Positions 17,672 through 26,993 of a stretch of DNA of 64,000 bases are shown one piece after another. A program made the translations under genes and the position numbers. The stretch's first letter is position 1. The number at the start of each line of letters is the position of its first letter. This stretch comes from Nitrososphaerota archaeon (GTDB lineage Archaea > Thermoproteota > Nitrososphaeria > Nitrososphaerales > Nitrosopumilaceae), in contig JAGWFT010000001.1 in assembly GCA_028867755.1 (NCBI GenBank), positions 324,727 to 388,726 of the forward strand, given 5' to 3'. The notes under the pieces were generated by a model that worked only from the letters and a program-made list of their open reading frames with translations, did not search any database and was not told the origin of the DNA.

Positions 17672-18223
17672 ATGCTTGATTTAGTTCCAAAAAAATTATT
17701 CCTCACTAAAGGCAAGGGTGTACATGCAGATCAGCTTACAAGTTTTGAATATGCACTAAGAGATGCAGGTATTCCAAACACGAATCTAGTGTTAATCTCA
17801 AGTATATTTCCTCCAGGTGCAAAAATAATCTCGCGTCAGGAAGGATTGAAGTTGATACGTCCTGGCAGTGTCCAGTTCGTAATATACGCAAGACAGCAAT
17901 CTAATGAACCACATAGATTAATGGCAGCATCTGTAGGATTGGCAGAACCATCTGACAGGAAAAGATGGGGATATCTGTCCGAGTATCACTCTTTTGGAGA
18001 AACAGAAAAGGAAGCTGGTGATTATGCTGAAGACATTGCAGCACAGATGCTAGCATCATCAATTGGAATACCATTTGATGTAGACAAAAACTGGGACGAG
18101 AAAAGACAACAATGGAAAGTATCTGGACAGATATACAAGACTAGAAACATAACCCAGAGCGCAGTTGGAGATTCCAAGGGAAGATGGACAACTGTTTTTG
18201 CAGCAGCAGTTTTAATTCTTTAA
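17672..18223 (+). CDS. pdaD: Pyruvoyl-dependent arginine decarboxylase
   Basis: SFEYALRDAGI...NLVLISSIFPP (Ser-Ser autocleavage site), GYLSEYH. Confidence 0.93.
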   Translation: MLDLVPKKLFLTKGKGVHADQLTSFEYALRDAGIPNTNLVLISSIFPPGAKIISRQEGLKLIRPGSVQFVIYARQQSNEPHRLMAASVGLAEPSDRKRWGYLSEYHSFGETEKEAGDYAEDIAAQMLASSIGIPFDVDKNWDEKRQQWKVSGQIYKTRNITQSAVGDSKGRWTTVFAAAVLIL

Positions 18224-18258
18224 AAATATATTTTCTTGTAACAGCAAAACACACTGTT

Positions 18259-19335
18259 TTATCGTCTAGTTGGCTTCTTTTTGCCAGAATAAATATCAGA
18301 TATGTCTTTATAATACTGACCTAATTTTTTGTAGATGCGTTTTGGTTTTCTTGGGGCTTCATTGCTCAATGCATACAAGCATAAAACTGGAAATGCTATT
18401 GTGGCATCAGCATATACAACTATCACATCCTCGTGAGAATCTTTTACCTTTCCCCAGCTCTTGCCTTCCTGGAGTGTGGCACCAGACAGTCCCCCTGTGT
18501 CTGGTCTTGCGTCAGTGATCTGAATAATGTAATTTTGTCCTCCATGACCCATGCCTAAAATCTGATCCAGTAGAGGGCCTGTCTGCTGGGCAGTATTCTT
18601 AGGCACTCCACCACCTATCTCTACAATTCCTGCCTTTTTGGAATTGTATAGAATTGCTGCTTGTTCAATTATTTCACGCACAAAATCCAATGAAAATTGC
18701 TTATTTGCAAGCCTAAGAGGAGCTAGATCCAGTGCTAGCGACGAATCTTTTAGTGTAGAGATGTAAAGTGGCACATCATAATCATAGGCAGAGACTACAA
18801 AGCTTTTTTCAGGATACTTGGAATGTTCTTTAGAATATTTGCCCATCCAATTTGCAAATTCAGCTGTCGTAAATGGTTTGTTAATTGGATTATTTTCAAA
18901 CATTTTCTGTACTATCTTGTCTTGTTTTTTCAATGTCTCCTCGCCTTTGATATAGACATCTCTAATTCTGACAATGTCCTTTTGATAGAGAATCATGTCA
19001 TCTACCTCATAATGCCCTTGCTTTACTGGTAGGTTCCAGGCAAAATGATCCTCATGGTACAAGTTAGAACCAGTAGATATTATCCAGTCTACAAATCCAT
19101 TTTCAATAAGAGACTTGAACAGTCCCCCAAACCCAACAGGTGTCATTGCACCAGCAATTGTAAGGCAAATTGTGGCGTCATCTTCAATCATCTTACGGAA
19201 TAGCTTTGCAGCCTCTCCAAGCTGTCTTGCATTATACCCTGATCTTGAGTAGATTTCTACAAGATCGTTAATCTTCATATCAGGTCCGACCTCGATATGA
19301 GGGATATTTTTTCCATGAAAATGATGGTAATCCAT
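18259..19335 (-). CDS. Deoxyhypusine synthase-like protein (probable homospermidine synthase)
   Basis: AGAMTPVGFG, STGSNLYHEDH, GGGVPKN, DTGGLSGATLQEGKSWGKV. Confidence 0.85.
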   Translation of the reverse strand: MDYHHFHGKNIPHIEVGPDMKINDLVEIYSRSGYNARQLGEAAKLFRKMIEDDATICLTIAGAMTPVGFGGLFKSLIENGFVDWIISTGSNLYHEDHFAWNLPVKQGHYEVDDMILYQKDIVRIRDVYIKGEETLKKQDKIVQKMFENNPINKPFTTAEFANWMGKYSKEHSKYPEKSFVVSAYDYDVPLYISTLKDSSLALDLAPLRLANKQFSLDFVREIIEQAAILYNSKKAGIVEIGGGVPKNTAQQTGPLLDQILGMGHGGQNYIIQITDARPDTGGLSGATLQEGKSWGKVKDSHEDVIVVYADATIAFPVLCLYALSNEAPRKPKRIYKKLGQYYKDISDIYSGKKKPTRR

Positions 19336-19400
19336 TGTTCTCTAGTCATTTACTGCCACTAGATAATTTTTTCTAAACGGCATCAAAAAATACAAAAGTT

Positions 19401-19413
19401 TTGTAGTTTACGT
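19401..19413. promoter_or_regulatory. ACGTA-N3-TACGT-like site in the DHS-like/NiCoT divergent promoter
   Basis: TTGTA-GTT-TACGT. Confidence 0.4.
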
Positions 19414-19463
19414 TTTTTTAAGGCATATTTTTATACAAAGATTTGACAAAACGCTTGTGCAAA

Positions 19464-19495
19464 TAGTATTACTCTTACCAACTTTTGTAATACTA
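19464..19495. promoter_or_regulatory. NikR-type operator candidate TAGTATTAC-N14-GTAATACTA
   Basis: Perfect 9-bp inverted repeat between a putative TATA (about 19428) and the NiCoT start. Confidence 0.6.
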
Positions 19496-19524
19496 GAAAA
19501 AATGCCTTACGGGGGCTATTTTAG

Positions 19525-20340
19525 ATGATGGATACATCTTGGGCCTTTATCTTGTTATCAATACCCACCATGATAGTTCTAGGAATGCGTCATGGTCTTG
19601 ACGTTGACCATATTACTGCAATTGATAATCTGGTCAGGTTACACAATGCTACAAAAAAATCCCGATTGGTAGGAGCAGGATTCAGTTCTGGCCACATGAT
19701 ATCAGTCCTGGCCGAGATGATTCTCATAATTTACGTGGTAGGCAGTCTTACCAATACAGGAAATCTTCAATTTTGGGGTGGTGTAGTGGGAGCAGTTGCA
19801 CTGGGAGCAATTGGTGCTATCAACATCTATGCCCTAAAGAAATGGGGCAAGAGCGGCTCTGCAATACTTGCAACAAAGATTTTGCAGAGAACAGGAATGT
19901 TGGGGCCTATTGGTTCATCTTTTGTTACTGGTCTAGTTTTTGGTCTGGGCTTTGATACGGCCACGCAGATTTCTGCAATCACACTATCTGCTGTTGCATC
20001 GGCAACAACTGGAATTCAGACAGCATTGATTCTCTCAGGGTTCTTTGCACTTGGGATGATTCCTATAGATACACTAGACAGTATCTTGCTCCGTTCTGCA
20101 TTTTCCAGAATATTTAACACCAAAGGCTTTAGGTACATGGCTTATGCCCTAAGCGGTGCTGCAGTGTCAGTGGCATCTCTTGAGTCATATGGAACAGTTA
20201 CCCACACAGACATTTTGCCACAATGGGCAGGGCCGGTTCTTGCCGTAAGTATTGTCTCTATATCATTTGCATATGCCTTTATGACAAGAAAGAAAAGTGT
20301 ACCTAGTCATAATGTGGAAAAAGAGACAGAAGAAAAATAG
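19525..20340 (+). CDS. High-affinity nickel/cobalt transporter (NiCoT: HoxN/NixA family)
   Basis: GMRHGLDVDHITAIDN, GFSSGH and FGLGFDTATQ signature motifs. Confidence 0.92.
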   Translation: MMDTSWAFILLSIPTMIVLGMRHGLDVDHITAIDNLVRLHNATKKSRLVGAGFSSGHMISVLAEMILIIYVVGSLTNTGNLQFWGGVVGAVALGAIGAINIYALKKWGKSGSAILATKILQRTGMLGPIGSSFVTGLVFGLGFDTATQISAITLSAVASATTGIQTALILSGFFALGMIPIDTLDSILLRSAFSRIFNTKGFRYMAYALSGAAVSVASLESYGTVTHTDILPQWAGPVLAVSIVSISFAYAFMTRKKSVPSHNVEKETEEK

Positions 20341-20343
20341 AAT

Positions 20344-20466
20344 CTAATCAAATTTTACTTCTTCTTGTTGTGCTGACGCATTGCAGTGTGCACATCTCTC
20401 TGATGGAGTTTTAAAGTACACCATGTGGCAGTTTTTACAAGCCCTAAGATCACTTAGTTTAACCAT
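20344..20466 (-). CDS. 40-aa CxxC...CxxC zinc-ribbon small protein, not in ORF track
   Basis: Hand translation MVKLSDLRACKNCHMVYFKTPSERCAHCNASAQQEEVKFD. Confidence 0.65.
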   Translation of the reverse strand: MVKLSDLRACKNCHMVYFKTPSERCAHCNASAQQEEVKFD

Positions 20467-20571
20467 GTGATCCTAACCTGTAACCATATAGAAAAATCTT
20501 ATTTTGTTGTCTTTTTGCATGACGTATCACATAGTGACTTGATTTATGTGCAACATGTTAGAAGAAAAATC

Positions 20572-21024
20572 ATGAAAAAACACTATAAGGAATATCTCAA
20601 GTTAAACAAGAACATTCTATTTGGTTTCTTTACGTCAGTTACAGTTTCTGCTATAGTATCACAGATTCTGTCTGTTCAGGCAAAATATCTCAATAGTTCG
20701 GCAACCCTTGCAGTTGATTTATCAGTATATTACGCAGCTTTTTCAGGTTTTTTTTATATCGATAACAGGAAAAAATACCTCCTAGAATCAGGCAAGCTGG
20801 ACAAATCTAGACTGAAAACAGATCTCATAAAAATAATCACATCATTAGGAACAAGCGAGATAATTTACAGCATTTGTAGATGGCTAGTACAGTACTACCT
20901 GTTAGCTAGCAATTATGAAGCGTATGTCTCATCTATCTTGGCCCAATCTATATCGTTTATAGTATATCTGATTAGTGTAAACCTAATCGCAAGATCTGTG
21001 AGATTATACAAAGACAAAGAATAG
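20572..21024 (+). CDS. Small multi-pass membrane protein (GtrA-like)
   Basis: Four hydrophobic segments; ATG at 20572 preferred over the ORF-track start at 20467. Confidence 0.65.
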   Translation: MKKHYKEYLKLNKNILFGFFTSVTVSAIVSQILSVQAKYLNSSATLAVDLSVYYAAFSGFFYIDNRKKYLLESGKLDKSRLKTDLIKIITSLGTSEIIYSICRWLVQYYLLASNYEAYVSSILAQSISFIVYLISVNLIARSVRLYKDKE

Positions 21025-21067
21025 TCAAACCTATCTCTAAACTTAATATAAGGAACAAAAAGGATCG

Positions 21068-21820
21068 TTGACGTTGGCTTTCCAAAAAGGTACCTTAGTT
21101 CTGGCAGACTATACTGCCAAGGTAAAAGACACAAACGAAGTCTTTGAAACTACTAGAGAAGCTGACGCAAAGTCTAGCAACATCTTTGATGCAAACATCA
21201 AGTATCAGCCAAGACTTGTCTCAGTGGGAGAGTCCTGGGTGCTCAAGGGGTTCGATGATGCACTCTTGGCAGCAAATGCAGGTGACAAGCTCACAATAGA
21301 GGTTCCACCAGAGAAGGGATTTGGTACAAGAGATCCAAGCAAGGTAAGAATGATTCCTTTGCGAAAACTAGGAGATGATGCAGAGAAAGTTTCTGTCGGA
21401 GATGCAATTGAACTTGATGACAGGACTGGAATCATTAGATTCATTGGCTCAGGACGAGTCCAAGTTGATTTCAATCACAGGTTTGCAGGTAAAACTATTT
21501 TGTATGATGTTAATGTAATAAAATCACTTGATACTGATCAGGACAAAGTCATGGGGCTCCTCAAAAGGAGATTCCCAATAGATGACTCGAAATTAAAATT
21601 TGAGATAAAAGGAACACAGCTTGATGTCAGCATACCAGATGAAGCATTAATGATGGAGGGTCTTCAGGTAGTAAAGCGAGCAATTGCAAATGAGGTCTTC
21701 AAGTTTGTGTCAAGTCTTGACAAAATTAACTTTGTAGAGACCTACACCAAGGCAAAACCGCAGGAAAAGCCAGCAGAACAAAAGGCTGAGGCTGCACCGG
21801 CACAGCCAAAAGCTGCCTAG
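21068..21820 (+). CDS. FKBP-type peptidyl-prolyl isomerase (archaeal long type, SlyD-like)
   Basis: DYTAKV...VFETT, VPPEKGFG, VQVDFNHRFAGKTILYDV. Confidence 0.93.
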   Translation: MTLAFQKGTLVLADYTAKVKDTNEVFETTREADAKSSNIFDANIKYQPRLVSVGESWVLKGFDDALLAANAGDKLTIEVPPEKGFGTRDPSKVRMIPLRKLGDDAEKVSVGDAIELDDRTGIIRFIGSGRVQVDFNHRFAGKTILYDVNVIKSLDTDQDKVMGLLKRRFPIDDSKLKFEIKGTQLDVSIPDEALMMEGLQVVKRAIANEVFKFVSSLDKINFVETYTKAKPQEKPAEQKAEAAPAQPKAA

Positions 21821-22857
21821 AGAACGCCAGTACTTTTTGCAAGAGAGACAGCTTTTTCTTCAGTCATCTTTACCTCACTGAGTATTGTGTATCTCTCTGG
21901 TCTTAACGACTGTGCAATGGAAAGAGCCTCTGCTAGAATCTGGGCTGAAAGCCCAATCTCTTTTGCAGTAGTCGGTGCACCGACATTTTTTAGCATCTGA
22001 ATTATTTTCTTCCAGTCTTGGCCCTGAAGCTTTGCAATCAATATTGCCCCAATTCCGCACTTTTCTCCATGCAATCCAATTCCTGGCTGGATATAGTCAA
22101 CTGCGTGGGAAAACAAGTGTTCTGCACCAGAGCAAGGCCTGCTAGAGCCAGCTATGCAGGCAGCAACACCTGAGCTTATCAGAGCTTCAACAATCATTCT
22201 AACATCAGGTTTTTTCTTGAAGTTTTTTGAGTTGTCAATCACTATTTTGGCGCTCATAGATGCCAGATTTGCGGCATATGTGCCAAAGTATTCCCCAACC
22301 TTATCTCTTGCAAGCTCCCAGTCTCGTACTGCTGTAACCTTTGCCATGAGATCACCGCAACCGCTTGCAATAAGCCTGTGCGGCGCCTTCTTTAGTATCT
22401 CAGTGTCCACAAAGACCCCAAGCGGTGCAGTAGCAATTATGGAATATGGCTTGTCACCGCGCAGAGAAACAAACGGGCTTGCAATTCCATCATGTGATGC
22501 AGAGGTTGGGACACTAACAAATGGTTTTTTGATCTTAAATGCAATCATCTTTGCAATATCAACAGACCTGCCCCCGCCGATTCCAACTATAAGATCACAC
22601 TTGTCTTTTTTTATCTCAAGCAGAATCTTTTTTGCAGAATCTATGTCATTACTTGTGCTGCGATGCCAGACATTTTTTATCTTTGATTTAGAAAGTGATC
22701 TGGATACTTTATCATAAGTTATCTTTCTTACCTGATCGCCTGAAACAAGAGAAACTTTTCTTGGATTGGCAAGGCCCTGCAAGAAACGTCCAATATCGCC
22801 AATGTTTTTCTCACCGACAACTATCTGCCTTGGCAGTTCCATGACGTGGTAAGGCAT
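21817..22857 (-). CDS. egsA: sn-glycerol-1-phosphate dehydrogenase
   Basis: GIGGGRSVDIAK, PTSASHDGIASP, SRPCSGAEHLFSHA, LHGEKCG. Confidence 0.95.
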   Translation of the reverse strand: MPYHVMELPRQIVVGEKNIGDIGRFLQGLANPRKVSLVSGDQVRKITYDKVSRSLSKSKIKNVWHRSTSNDIDSAKKILLEIKKDKCDLIVGIGGGRSVDIAKMIAFKIKKPFVSVPTSASHDGIASPFVSLRGDKPYSIIATAPLGVFVDTEILKKAPHRLIASGCGDLMAKVTAVRDWELARDKVGEYFGTYAANLASMSAKIVIDNSKNFKKKPDVRMIVEALISSGVAACIAGSSRPCSGAEHLFSHAVDYIQPGIGLHGEKCGIGAILIAKLQGQDWKKIIQMLKNVGAPTTAKEIGLSAQILAEALSIAQSLRPERYTILSEVKMTEEKAVSLAKSTGVL

Positions 22858-22963
22858 GAACTTTTCTTCAAATCTCGTTATTTATCAATTCCCAAGAGCA
22901 GTCCAAAGTTTATTAAACGGTGAAATCCTATTCAGGATATCTCTAGTTAGGGAGAATAATTAT

Positions 22964-23596
22964 TTGTCAGACTACATTGAACAACACACATTTCATGGAA
23001 CAACTACAGTAGGAATAGCCTGTACTGACGGTGTAGTCTTGTGCGCTGATATGAGAGCAAGCGCTGGCTATTTCATAGCAAACAACAACACCATGAAGAT
23101 TCAAAAAATAGACAACCATGCAGGCATGACAATAGCCGGTGGAGTTGCAGATGCTCAAAATGTCACTGACATGTTGAGATATCATTGCAATCTTCACAGA
23201 GTGGACAAGGGAGAATATCTTCCAGTCAAATCAGTTGCAAGGCTTGCTTCGCTAATATTCTTCCAAAATAGATACTATCCATTTATCGCCGACATTCTTG
23301 TGGGCGGATATGACAAACTAGGACCAGCGTTATACAATATCGACATGTTTGGTTCTCTTGACCAGAAAAAATATGTTACAACAGGAAGCGGTTCGCCGGT
23401 CGCATATGGCTTGTTAGAAAGTGAATATCGAGATGGACTCACAGTAGAAGAGGGCAAGACAATTGCTCTCCGAGCTGTCAAGGGTGCGATAACAAGAAAC
23501 ATTGGAACAGGTGACGGAATAAATGTCGCAATCATTGACAAGCAAGGATACCAACTTTTAACAAAAGAACAGAAGAAAGCCATCATTACGCTCTAA
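22964..23596 (+). CDS. psmB: Proteasome beta subunit
   Basis: HG|TTTVGI processing site, DMRAS, TGSGSPVAYG; TTG at 22964 preferred over 22856. Confidence 0.95.
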   Translation: MSDYIEQHTFHGTTTVGIACTDGVVLCADMRASAGYFIANNNTMKIQKIDNHAGMTIAGGVADAQNVTDMLRYHCNLHRVDKGEYLPVKSVARLASLIFFQNRYYPFIADILVGGYDKLGPALYNIDMFGSLDQKKYVTTGSGSPVAYGLLESEYRDGLTVEEGKTIALRAVKGAITRNIGTGDGINVAIIDKQGYQLLTKEQKKAIITL

Positions 23597-23604
23597 GTGA
23601 TTTA

Positions 23605-25536
23605 ATGCAAAGAAAACAGCAACAACGAGAAGTGTCGCCATTACCCAACATCATGGGCACCATACTACAAAGTATACCAAAAGAAGCTGAAGTTACCAAG
23701 ATAGAGTACGAGGGCCCAAGAATTGCAATCTATACAAGAAATCCCCGTTACCTGATGGAACACAACGAAGTAATCTCCAACATGGTCAATGTGATAAAAA
23801 AAAGAATTGTTGTAAGAACAGAAGATTCTATTAGAAAAACCGAGGAGGAGGCAAGACAGATTCTTGTCCAGATGCTCCCAAAGGACACTGATCTGCGCGG
23901 CACGTTTTTTGATACTGCAATAGGGGAGCTTACAGTAGAAGTAAAGCATCCTTGGCTACTAAACAACAGCGAGTCTTTTAACATGGCAGACCTTGTCTCA
24001 AAAACAGGCTGGCGTGTAAGAATCAGAAAGGCAACTACCATCCAGTCCCAGACTATTCAGACAATAAACTATAACCTCAAGATATCATCAACTGAAAGAA
24101 GCAAGCACCTGCGACAGATAGGAGAGCAAATATTTCGTCCAAAATTATCCGAAGATGCCGAAGTTTCATTGACCACACTTGGGGGATTCAGCCAGGTAGG
24201 CAGGTCATGCATGTTACTTACCACACATGAAAGTAAGATACTCATTGACTGCGGTGTAAATCCAGGTGCCCGAAGCCCGCTGGAGGCATTTCCGCGACTT
24301 GACTGGGCAAATATTACACTTGACGAGCTTGATGCCATTGTTATCAGCCATGCCCACCTTGACCATACCGGATTTTTGCCTGTTCTTTTCAAATATGGCT
24401 ACAAGGGGCCAATCTACTGTACAGAGCCTACCCTGCCAATGATGAACTTGATCCAGCTTGATGCCATCAAGGTGGCTGCCGCACAAGGCAAGGTTCCAAT
24501 GTACTCTGAAAGGGACGTCAAGCAGGTTATGAAGCAGACAATATCGCTTGCCTATGGCACTGTTACTGATATATCGCCTGACATCAAACTGGTCTTTTCA
24601 AATGCAGGACACATACTTGGCTCTGCATCGTGTCATTTTCACATTGGAAATGGAAACCACAACTTTGTCTACACTGGAGACCTAAAGTATGGTAAGTCAA
24701 TGCTCTTTGAGAGTGCGTCATGGAACTTCCCAAGAGTTGAAACATTATTGATAGAGAGTACATATGGTGCAAAAGAAGACATCCAGGCAACAAGAGAAGA
24801 AGTCGAAGGCGCATTTATCAAATCAGTAAACGAGACACTGCGAAACGGCGGCAAGGTCTTGATTCCAATTCCGGCAGTTGGACGTGCACAGGAACTTATG
24901 ATGGTAATCGATCAATACATGAAGGCAGGGCATCTGATGGAGGCACCTGTATTTACAGAAGGAATGATCGCAGAGGCAACTGCAATACATGAGGCATATC
25001 CGGAATATCTGGCCAGAGACTTGCGCGAAAAGATCTTGAGCACAGAAGAAAATCCATTTGATTCTGAATATTTCACAAACATCGAGCACTCTGATGCAAG
25101 AGAAGAGCCGCTCCGAGATGGACCTTGTATAATAATGGCAACATCAGGTATGCTAGAGGGTGGACCAGTGCTTGAATATTTCAAAAACATTGCACCAGTA
25201 CAGAAAAACAAGATCTTGTTTGTATCATACCAGGTAAATGGTACCATGGGAAGAAGGGTGCTTGATGGCTCAAGACAGGTCTCAGTTGTTGGAAAGGACG
25301 GAAAGATTGAAGTTATCAACATAAATTGCTCAACTGAAAAACTTGATGGGTTTTCAGGACACAGTGACTATAACCAATTAATGTCGTATGTGCACAAGCT
25401 AAGACCAAAGCTTAGGCGAGTAATTGTAAACCATGGTGAGAGAAGAAAGTGTGAGAACCTTGCAAGCTCGATTCACAGGATGTTTAGAATTGCAACAACG
25501 TGTCCACAAGTGCAAGAAGGCATAAGACTACTTTAA
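23605..25536 (+). CDS. fttA: aCPSF1 beta-CASP ribonuclease / transcription termination factor
   Basis: KH domains, GGFSQVGRSC, SHAHLDH, AGHILGSA, FSGHSD; follows psmB. Confidence 0.95.
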   Translation: MQRKQQQREVSPLPNIMGTILQSIPKEAEVTKIEYEGPRIAIYTRNPRYLMEHNEVISNMVNVIKKRIVVRTEDSIRKTEEEARQILVQMLPKDTDLRGTFFDTAIGELTVEVKHPWLLNNSESFNMADLVSKTGWRVRIRKATTIQSQTIQTINYNLKISSTERSKHLRQIGEQIFRPKLSEDAEVSLTTLGGFSQVGRSCMLLTTHESKILIDCGVNPGARSPLEAFPRLDWANITLDELDAIVISHAHLDHTGFLPVLFKYGYKGPIYCTEPTLPMMNLIQLDAIKVAAAQGKVPMYSERDVKQVMKQTISLAYGTVTDISPDIKLVFSNAGHILGSASCHFHIGNGNHNFVYTGDLKYGKSMLFESASWNFPRVETLLIESTYGAKEDIQATREEVEGAFIKSVNETLRNGGKVLIPIPAVGRAQELMMVIDQYMKAGHLMEAPVFTEGMIAEATAIHEAYPEYLARDLREKILSTEENPFDSEYFTNIEHSDAREEPLRDGPCIIMATSGMLEGGPVLEYFKNIAPVQKNKILFVSYQVNGTMGRRVLDGSRQVSVVGKDGKIEVININCSTEKLDGFSGHSDYNQLMSYVHKLRPKLRRVIVNHGERRKCENLASSIHRMFRIATTCPQVQEGIRLL

Positions 25537-25543
25537 GAAAAAA

Positions 25544-25837
25544 TTATTTCAGATCGTATTCTGCTCTCCAGATCTTAACACCTGAAGGAGTAACAATGAT
25601 TCTTTCTTCTCCAAGCCTTGCAATATCTGCATCCTGTGTCTTTGCAATGCTGTAAATCTCTTCTACCACCTTTCTTAGCTCGTCGACATTTTTTTGCGCA
25701 AGGGGAGTCACTCGCAGAACCAAAATCATGCCCTTTTTGATATCCTCCTTTACAGTATGTATATCACTATGGTCTCGAAGCGTAATCGCCTTGAGGTAGG
25801 TCGGGGTCTTTTGTGTCTGCATGTCATTGGTATGCAA
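25544..25837 (-). CDS. sepF: SepF-like (DUF552) protein
   Basis: IKKGMILVLRVTPL...DIARLGEERIIVTPSGVKI. Confidence 0.7.
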   Translation of the reverse strand: MHTNDMQTQKTPTYLKAITLRDHSDIHTVKEDIKKGMILVLRVTPLAQKNVDELRKVVEEIYSIAKTQDADIARLGEERIIVTPSGVKIWRAEYDLK

Positions 25838-25895
25838 TTATCTCCCTCAAAAAGTCTTTGCAGTCAATTGCAATTCACAGACTGGGTTGATTTGA

Positions 25896-26993
25896 CTAGA
25901 GTCTGTATTTTAGGTAGTCTGGCTCAGAAATGGTACCAGCAGCAATCTCGGAACTGGCATTGTCCTTCTGTACTAGTATGACACCTGGCAAATCTTTTGG
26001 TGCATCAGAGTATCGAAATGTAATGTCTGAAGATAATTTTAGATTGTTCTGGGAATCGTCTCCGCGCAAAAGTGATATTGGTCCCATGTGATCTTTTGTC
26101 TCAAACAATGTATCTCCTGGAAGGGCAAGGGCCTTTAGCATCTCGTTTTCGTCCTTGTTTCTTCCAACAATTAATTTTGTTTTTGCGTCAAACCTGAAAT
26201 GTCTTCCAATCTTTAGCAGATCAATATCATTTGTTGTTGGGGTTTCAGTATGCTTGAAAAGATCTTTTGCTCTGATTGCAAATCTTGGATCTGTAAGCAG
26301 GCAACCGCCACCTGCATTTGGAGGATCGACAAACCCAAACTCTTCTGCCATCTTTAGCTGTTCTTTTCTTGATCGCCCGCGAATCATTCCAAGATTTTCC
26401 CGCTTGATGATGCCGTTCTCTTCAGGCTCTGTCTTTGGCAGTAGTGCACCAGAAAGTGGCCTTACAATTTTTCCCTCAAGACCTGATTCTTTTTCAATTG
26501 TTCTTAATGCCGGGCCATGCTGTGACATTGGTCGCTGCCCCAGGACCTCGCCTGAGATGATAAACTCTGCACCAATGTCTTCCATGACTTGTTTTCCGGC
26601 CTTGAACATCATTGCACGACAATCGATGCACGGGTTCATGCCAGAACCAAATCCGTGCTTTGGATTTTTTAGCATCTGGATGTAATCGTCTCCAAGATAA
26701 ACTGTTTTGAGGTCAACGCCCAGCATATCTGCAGTACCTCTAATCTCAAAACCACAACCTCTCCCACAATCAAAATCACAAAACGGAGTCTTTATTGCAA
26801 CCGCAGTAACATCAAAGCCCTGCTTTTGCATCATCTTGACAGCTAGTCTACTGTCTAGTCCTCCTGATAGCAATGCTACAACTTTTTTCTTTTCTTCCAC
26901 GATACCAAAATTCTGTTTTCCATTATCTAAAGGTACTGTCATTGTTCCAGCAAACATAAATTGAGATGTGCCAATATTTGAGACTGGATGCAA
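25896..26993 (-). CDS. PP-loop tRNA thiolation-type enzyme (ThiI/MnmA-like with DUF814-like C-terminus)
   Basis: SGGLDS PP-loop, NPCIDCR, GEVLGQRPMSQ, AGGGCLLTDP, GRHFR; real start probably downstream of 26993. Confidence 0.8.
   Translation of the reverse strand: MHPVSNIGTSQFMFAGTMTVPLDNGKQNFGIVEEKKKVVALLSGGLDSRLAVKMMQKQGFDVTAVAIKTPFCDFDCGRGCGFEIRGTADMLGVDLKTVYLGDDYIQMLKNPKHGFGSGMNPCIDCRAMMFKAGKQVMEDIGAEFIISGEVLGQRPMSQHGPALRTIEKESGLEGKIVRPLSGALLPKTEPEENGIIKRENLGMIRGRSRKEQLKMAEEFGFVDPPNAGGGCLLTDPRFAIRAKDLFKHTETPTTNDIDLLKIGRHFRFDAKTKLIVGRNKDENEMLKALALPGDTLFETKDHMGPISLLRGDDSQNNLKLSSDITFRYSDAPKDLPGVILVQKDNASSEIAAGTISEPDYLKYRL

Noticed and set aside
22154-22717. Long antisense ORFs over egsA and similar ones (e.g. 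26155..26685, 32701..33150, 34260..34673, 49785..50192)
   Set aside because: They are fully nested opposite well-supported genes, with Ser/Phe-rich shadow composition.
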